Assembly: GCA_965208675.1 (NCBI GenBank)
Contig: OZ242351.1
Span: forward strand, 1,184,001 to 1,248,000
Length of the DNA stretch: 64,000 bases
Source of the DNA: Candidatus Poribacteria bacterium
GTDB lineage: Bacteria > Poribacteria > WGA-4E > PCPOR2b
Direction of reading: 5' to 3'
Shown here: positions 59,991 to 64,000 of the stretch, in pieces
Layout of the letters: every line of letters starts with the position of its first letter
Numbering within the stretch: position 1 is the first letter of the stretch
Notes under the pieces: model-generated
Database searches by the model: none
The model's input: the letters and a program-made list of their open reading frames with translations, nothing else
Told to the model about the DNA's origin: nothing
Position numbers and translations under genes: made by a program

Positions 59991-60425
59991 ATGAATGGGG
60001 TAATAAAGATGCCCTTCCGATTCCTTTTCTTTCTGGGTGCCGTTTCCTTTCTTGCATCGGGATGCTCGCCGCTACAACATCACGCTACCATTGACCAATA
60101 CAATGAATTTGCAATAGAGGCGGCTGAATTGCAATTATGGAACGAAGCTGTGTTCCGATGGGAACGCGTCATTGAAATTGACCCACAGTACGCGCGAGCA
60201 CACAATAATTTAGGAGTCGCTTACGAAGCGTTGGGAAAGACCGATGAAGCCATTGAAGCCTACAAACGGGCGACGGAATTAGATTCATCCAACAAGTTTT
60301 ACCGTTTCAACTATAGAAAGTGCCGTCTCAACGTTCAACGCAATATCAAAAGGCAACCTGATACAGAGGATGAGGCCGTTCAAGAAGATGAAGATACCGA
60401 AAAGGAACGCCAAGGCAAATCTTGA
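59991..60425 (+). CDS. TPR lipoprotein
   Basis: Lipobox LASGC; AHNNLGVAYEALG TPR. Confidence 0.85.
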   Translation: MNGVIKMPFRFLFFLGAVSFLASGCSPLQHHATIDQYNEFAIEAAELQLWNEAVFRWERVIEIDPQYARAHNNLGVAYEALGKTDEAIEAYKRATELDSSNKFYRFNYRKCRLNVQRNIKRQPDTEDEAVQEDEDTEKERQGKS

Positions 60426-60624
60426 ATCGCCGCTGTTAACTTTTTGTGATTCACTCCAATATGTGCCTCCGCGAGCGCCAAGGATTAAGTGTGCGGCTAA
60501 ATTATTCATCGTAAGCGTACCCTCGGCGGAATTAACCTCACATACCGTAGGCATGAATTAATGAGTTCCTTATCCATCTAGACTTTTGTTAAAATACATA
60601 TACTCCCACGAGCGTCCGCCGTGT

Positions 60625-61464
60625 ATGAAAGTTGCTACTGTAAAATCCACTCCGTGGACTCGCAAACAAAGTTTCGCCCTCAGCACGTTCCTTGCGTGCA
60701 TTTTGACAGTTGCAACTTCCATTTTTTGTCTAAGGATAACCAGAGACAAATTCGGCGTTAATCTGCTGATGGTTGTGATGTGTATCTGTTTTTACTGCGG
60801 CTGCGGTGGTCCGATTGCACGGGTCTCGATTCCCATCAAGGTTCAATCAGAATTAAACGTGAGTCAGTATTCAAGTTTTGTGGTCTTGCCATTTTTTGAT
60901 GAACGACCGGACGGAGAAACGACATCTGCAGCTAAAGAGACAGAGGAGGAGATTGCGTCCCTAATGCGGCGGAGACTTGGGCAACAAAAAAACCTTAACA
61001 TACTTGGTACACAGGAAACGCTGCGAATGCTAGATGGCGAACCACTGGGTCTCAATCTTTTGAATGACCCTAGCCAGATTTTCCAATATGGAGAACTATT
61101 TGAGGTTGATGCAGTCGTTCTAGGAAGCTATAAATTTTATACCGTGAGCAGGTCTCGACGCTACTATGGTGAACGATATTCTAGGACGATGCAACGCTAT
61201 GTGACCGACTATCAGGATTACCTGCAGAAAAACTATATCTTCTCGTTGCGAGTTGTCATTGCGGATGCAGAATCTGAAGAAGTCGTTTGGGATGAAAAAT
61301 ACGAACGTGCGGCGGCTGAAGCCCACACCCTCGGTTCCTTTCTGGTGTCACAAGCTACTCCCGACGAAAGCACCTTAAAAAACCTAGCAAAACAAGCAAT
61401 CACAGAATTTACACGCAAAATTGCACCTCACTATCAAACTGAAGAAAGATTTCTGGTGAGATAA
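60625..61464 (+). CDS. Putative lipoprotein (CsgG/TolB-N-like alpha/beta fold)
   Basis: Hydrophobic segment ending CGC; VVLPFFD, VDAVVLGS, LRVVIADAESEEVVW; start uncertain. Confidence 0.6.
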   Translation: MKVATVKSTPWTRKQSFALSTFLACILTVATSIFCLRITRDKFGVNLLMVVMCICFYCGCGGPIARVSIPIKVQSELNVSQYSSFVVLPFFDERPDGETTSAAKETEEEIASLMRRRLGQQKNLNILGTQETLRMLDGEPLGLNLLNDPSQIFQYGELFEVDAVVLGSYKFYTVSRSRRYYGERYSRTMQRYVTDYQDYLQKNYIFSLRVVIADAESEEVVWDEKYERAAAEAHTLGSFLVSQATPDESTLKNLAKQAITEFTRKIAPHYQTEERFLVR

Positions 61465-61486
61465 CATTGTAATTGGGCGAAGTAGA

Positions 61487-64000
61487 ATGATTACATTGAT
61501 ACAATTGTTCATAACACGCTTCAAGTTTTTTATCGTGCGTCGCAATTCGCGCATTACACCGGCTTCACCGGCGATTTCATTGTTCTTCTTATGCCTGTCC
61601 ACAATTCTTTTTCACTCCCAAACTAGTTGGGCGCAGGGATTTGGCAAAAACAAAGTCACCGATGAACCTTTCGACTGGAAAATTCACCGCACAGAACATT
61701 TTGATATTCATTACTACCCTAGCGGAGAGCGGCTTGTTCCGATTATGGCAGACATTGCGGAAGAAGCGTATGAAAAGCACAGCGAAGATTTTGACCACGA
61801 AATCAAAGATCGCACACCGCTAATCCTATATCAATCCCACAAAGACTTTCAGGAGACCAATATTATACTGCAGGAGATTCACGAAGGCATTGGCGGTTTC
61901 GCTGAAATATTTAAGCGGCGTATGGTAATTCCCTTCACTGGTTCAATGGAAGCGTTTCGAGAAGTCATATTTCACGAATTAGTGCATATCTTTCAATACG
62001 ATATTATCTATCAGAAACCTGCGGCTCATATCTATAGCGGCGAATTTCTCTATTCACCTCCAATCTGGTTTATTGAAGGATCGGCAGACTACTTTGGCGA
62101 AGACAATGACACGATCGGAGAGATGGTTTTACGAGATGCAAGCCTCGCCAACTACATCGTGCCGTTGACCCGCCTTCAAGATTTCCGCGTTCTTGGCCCG
62201 CATGTCTTTCTCGGGTATAAGATGGGGCAATCCGCAGTTGGGTACTTGGTGGAAACTTATGGGCGAGACAAAGTGGGGCAGATTATGCATGAATTAAGGC
62301 ACATCCGAACAAAAGATATCGACATTGCCTTCAAAAATGTGCTCGGCATTGGTCTCGAAGAGTTCGATAAAAGTTGGCGCCGCGTCGTTCAGAAAAAATA
62401 TTGGCCCCTGGTTGAGCACAAGGATACGCCAGATACCATTGCCAAAAGCCTGACTGAAAAATCCCGATATTCCAGCAACGTTAAGCCGGCTTGGTCGCCA
62501 AGCGGCGACATCATCGCCTACATTACCGGCAGCGACGGATTTGGCGAAATCGTCCTCGTATCCGCAAAGAGCGGGAAAAGACTTGCCCGAATTAGCAAAC
62601 GTTTCTTTGGAAGTAAATACGAAGACCTCCGCATGGACGGCAGCGGAATTGCTTGGTCGCCTGATGGTGATTGTATTGCATGTATTGCCAAGCATCACGG
62701 AACGGATTATCTATTGGAGATTGATATCATAACCAAAAAACTAAAGCGCCGCTTAAAACTCGACTTTGATGCAGCATATTCACCGAGCTATGATGGAAAC
62801 GGTGACCGCATCGTTTTTGCTGCATTAGACAAAGGACAATCCGATTTATATGTCATTGAGCTTTTAACCGGAGAGATTACTCGGTTGACAAACGACCCCT
62901 TCGATGATAACCACCCTTCATGGCACCCAACAACAGAAGAAATCATCTATGCCTCAGAGCGCGAGAGCAAGAACAAGCTAGTCATCTTTGATGTGAGTAA
63001 CCGCACACAACGGCAGTTGACATACGGCGAACACAACGCCGTGAGTCCAAAATGGTCGCCCGATGGGGAAAAAATAATTTTCTGCTCGGACCTGCACGGC
63101 GTCTACGATTTGCACACGATTAAACCGGATGGAGCGGATTTTACGAGACTGACAAGTATTATCACAGGGTGCTTCAACCCTAGCCTTGACCCCCATCAGA
63201 GAAATATCGTCTTTACTGCGTATCAAAATGGAAGACAGGACATCTATCTCATGGACACGGCAAAGGCGATGGATGACAAGATTGACATGCCGCCTTTGGA
63301 GGTACAGCCGATAATTGCGGACGCTTCGACACCGCCGCCGCGCCGCATTGGCCGCAGGAAATACGATACCAACATTGCCTTGGACGCTATTTTCACGAAC
63401 TTTAATTTGGGCGCTGACGGTCTTCTGCGGAACACGACGGAGTTCATCGGGAGCGATATGATGGGTAATCATCGGTTGGGAGCAAGTTTGATAAATCAAT
63501 CAGGCTTCCTGGCACCGGATTTCATACTACGATACGGATTTCTCGCACGTCGCAGCGATATTGGTGCCGCCCTTTTTAACTACCACCAATATTACCTCTT
63601 GGGTACAACTCGCGATCGCCGCGGGTATTTGCAGCGGACAACTGGCTTTCTAGGATACATGAGTTATCCATTCAATCGCTATCGTCGGTTAGATTTCAAC
63701 CTCTTAATGTACTCTACCCCGTTTTCTTTCAACTTTGAACCTAATCCGACGCGCAATTTTGGCGACAACCGTGCAATCCTTTTTCTCGGAACACTCTCTC
63801 TCGTGGGTGATACCACGATGTGGAAAGTGTTTGGGCCCCATACTGGCACACGCTACAAACTTACATTCGAGAAGTCGTTCCGGGCTTTAGGCAGCGAACT
63901 ACAATTGACGAATCTAGTCTTCGACTATCGCCGATATTTTAAACTTGGCAGGCGTTCAACATTTGCAACCCGTTTGCTGCTAGGTGGCAGCTTTGGCTCG
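61487..64000 (+). CDS. Large exported protein: HExxH peptidase-like domain, PD40 propeller and probable Omp85-type barrel; runs off the right edge
   Basis: Manual translation: AQGFGKNKV..TEHFDIHYY, FHELVH, WFIEG, PAWSPSGD and PKWSPDG repeats, GPHTGTRY..DYRRYF. Confidence 0.8.
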   Translation, partial: MITLIQLFITRFKFFIVRRNSRITPASPAISLFFLCLSTILFHSQTSWAQGFGKNKVTDEPFDWKIHRTEHFDIHYYPSGERLVPIMADIAEEAYEKHSEDFDHEIKDRTPLILYQSHKDFQETNIILQEIHEGIGGFAEIFKRRMVIPFTGSMEAFREVIFHELVHIFQYDIIYQKPAAHIYSGEFLYSPPIWFIEGSADYFGEDNDTIGEMVLRDASLANYIVPLTRLQDFRVLGPHVFLGYKMGQSAVGYLVETYGRDKVGQIMHELRHIRTKDIDIAFKNVLGIGLEEFDKSWRRVVQKKYWPLVEHKDTPDTIAKSLTEKSRYSSNVKPAWSPSGDIIAYITGSDGFGEIVLVSAKSGKRLARISKRFFGSKYEDLRMDGSGIAWSPDGDCIACIAKHHGTDYLLEIDIITKKLKRRLKLDFDAAYSPSYDGNGDRIVFAALDKGQSDLYVIELLTGEITRLTNDPFDDNHPSWHPTTEEIIYASERESKNKLVIFDVSNRTQRQLTYGEHNAVSPKWSPDGEKIIFCSDLHGVYDLHTIKPDGADFTRLTSIITGCFNPSLDPHQRNIVFTAYQNGRQDIYLMDTAKAMDDKIDMPPLEVQPIIADASTPPPRRIGRRKYDTNIALDAIFTNFNLGADGLLRNTTEFIGSDMMGNHRLGASLINQSGFLAPDFILRYGFLARRSDIGAALFNYHQYYLLGTTRDRRGYLQRTTGFLGYMSYPFNRYRRLDFNLLMYSTPFSFNFEPNPTRNFGDNRAILFLGTLSLVGDTTMWKVFGPHTGTRYKLTFEKSFRALGSELQLTNLVFDYRRYFKLGRRSTFATRLLLGGSFGS

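Overview
Bacterial chromosomal segment, probably from Candidatus Poribacteria or a similar sponge symbiont. This is an inference from the tandem 'LPxGAxxRLGKG'-type WD40 proteins, two PhyH dioxygenases, a GH116 and abundant REP-like repeats; no database search was run. Housekeeping genes (cysC, rpsU, coaBC, topA, accD, rpiA) are interleaved with four accessory features. (1) A 4x ~346-bp tandem array of REP-doublet hairpins at 6.6-8.0 kb, plus a nested relative at 9.6-10.0 kb. (2) A ~14.7-kb type I restriction-modification island (hsdM, hsdS, hsdR) carrying cargo. The cargo includes a 1.6-kb insert bracketed by two 104-bp hairpin elements, containing a candidate sRNA, a phased TGTGACA array and an HTH gene. 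It also includes an ATPase / degenerate DUF4276-antitoxin chimera / PIN operon, a 584-aa PD-(D/E)xK-type protein, and several antitoxins whose toxins are decayed. (3) A TPR gene followed by three exported WD40 genes. (4) A compact LOG / Zn-dehydrogenase / UbiA prenyltransferase / DxDD class II terpene cyclase / GT2 cluster with a convergent methyltransferase, which looks like an undescribed terpenoid-conjugate pathway. The strongest candidates for new biology are the terpenoid cluster, the ATPase-chimera-PIN operon and the repeat systems. Family assignments come from motif recognition by eye.
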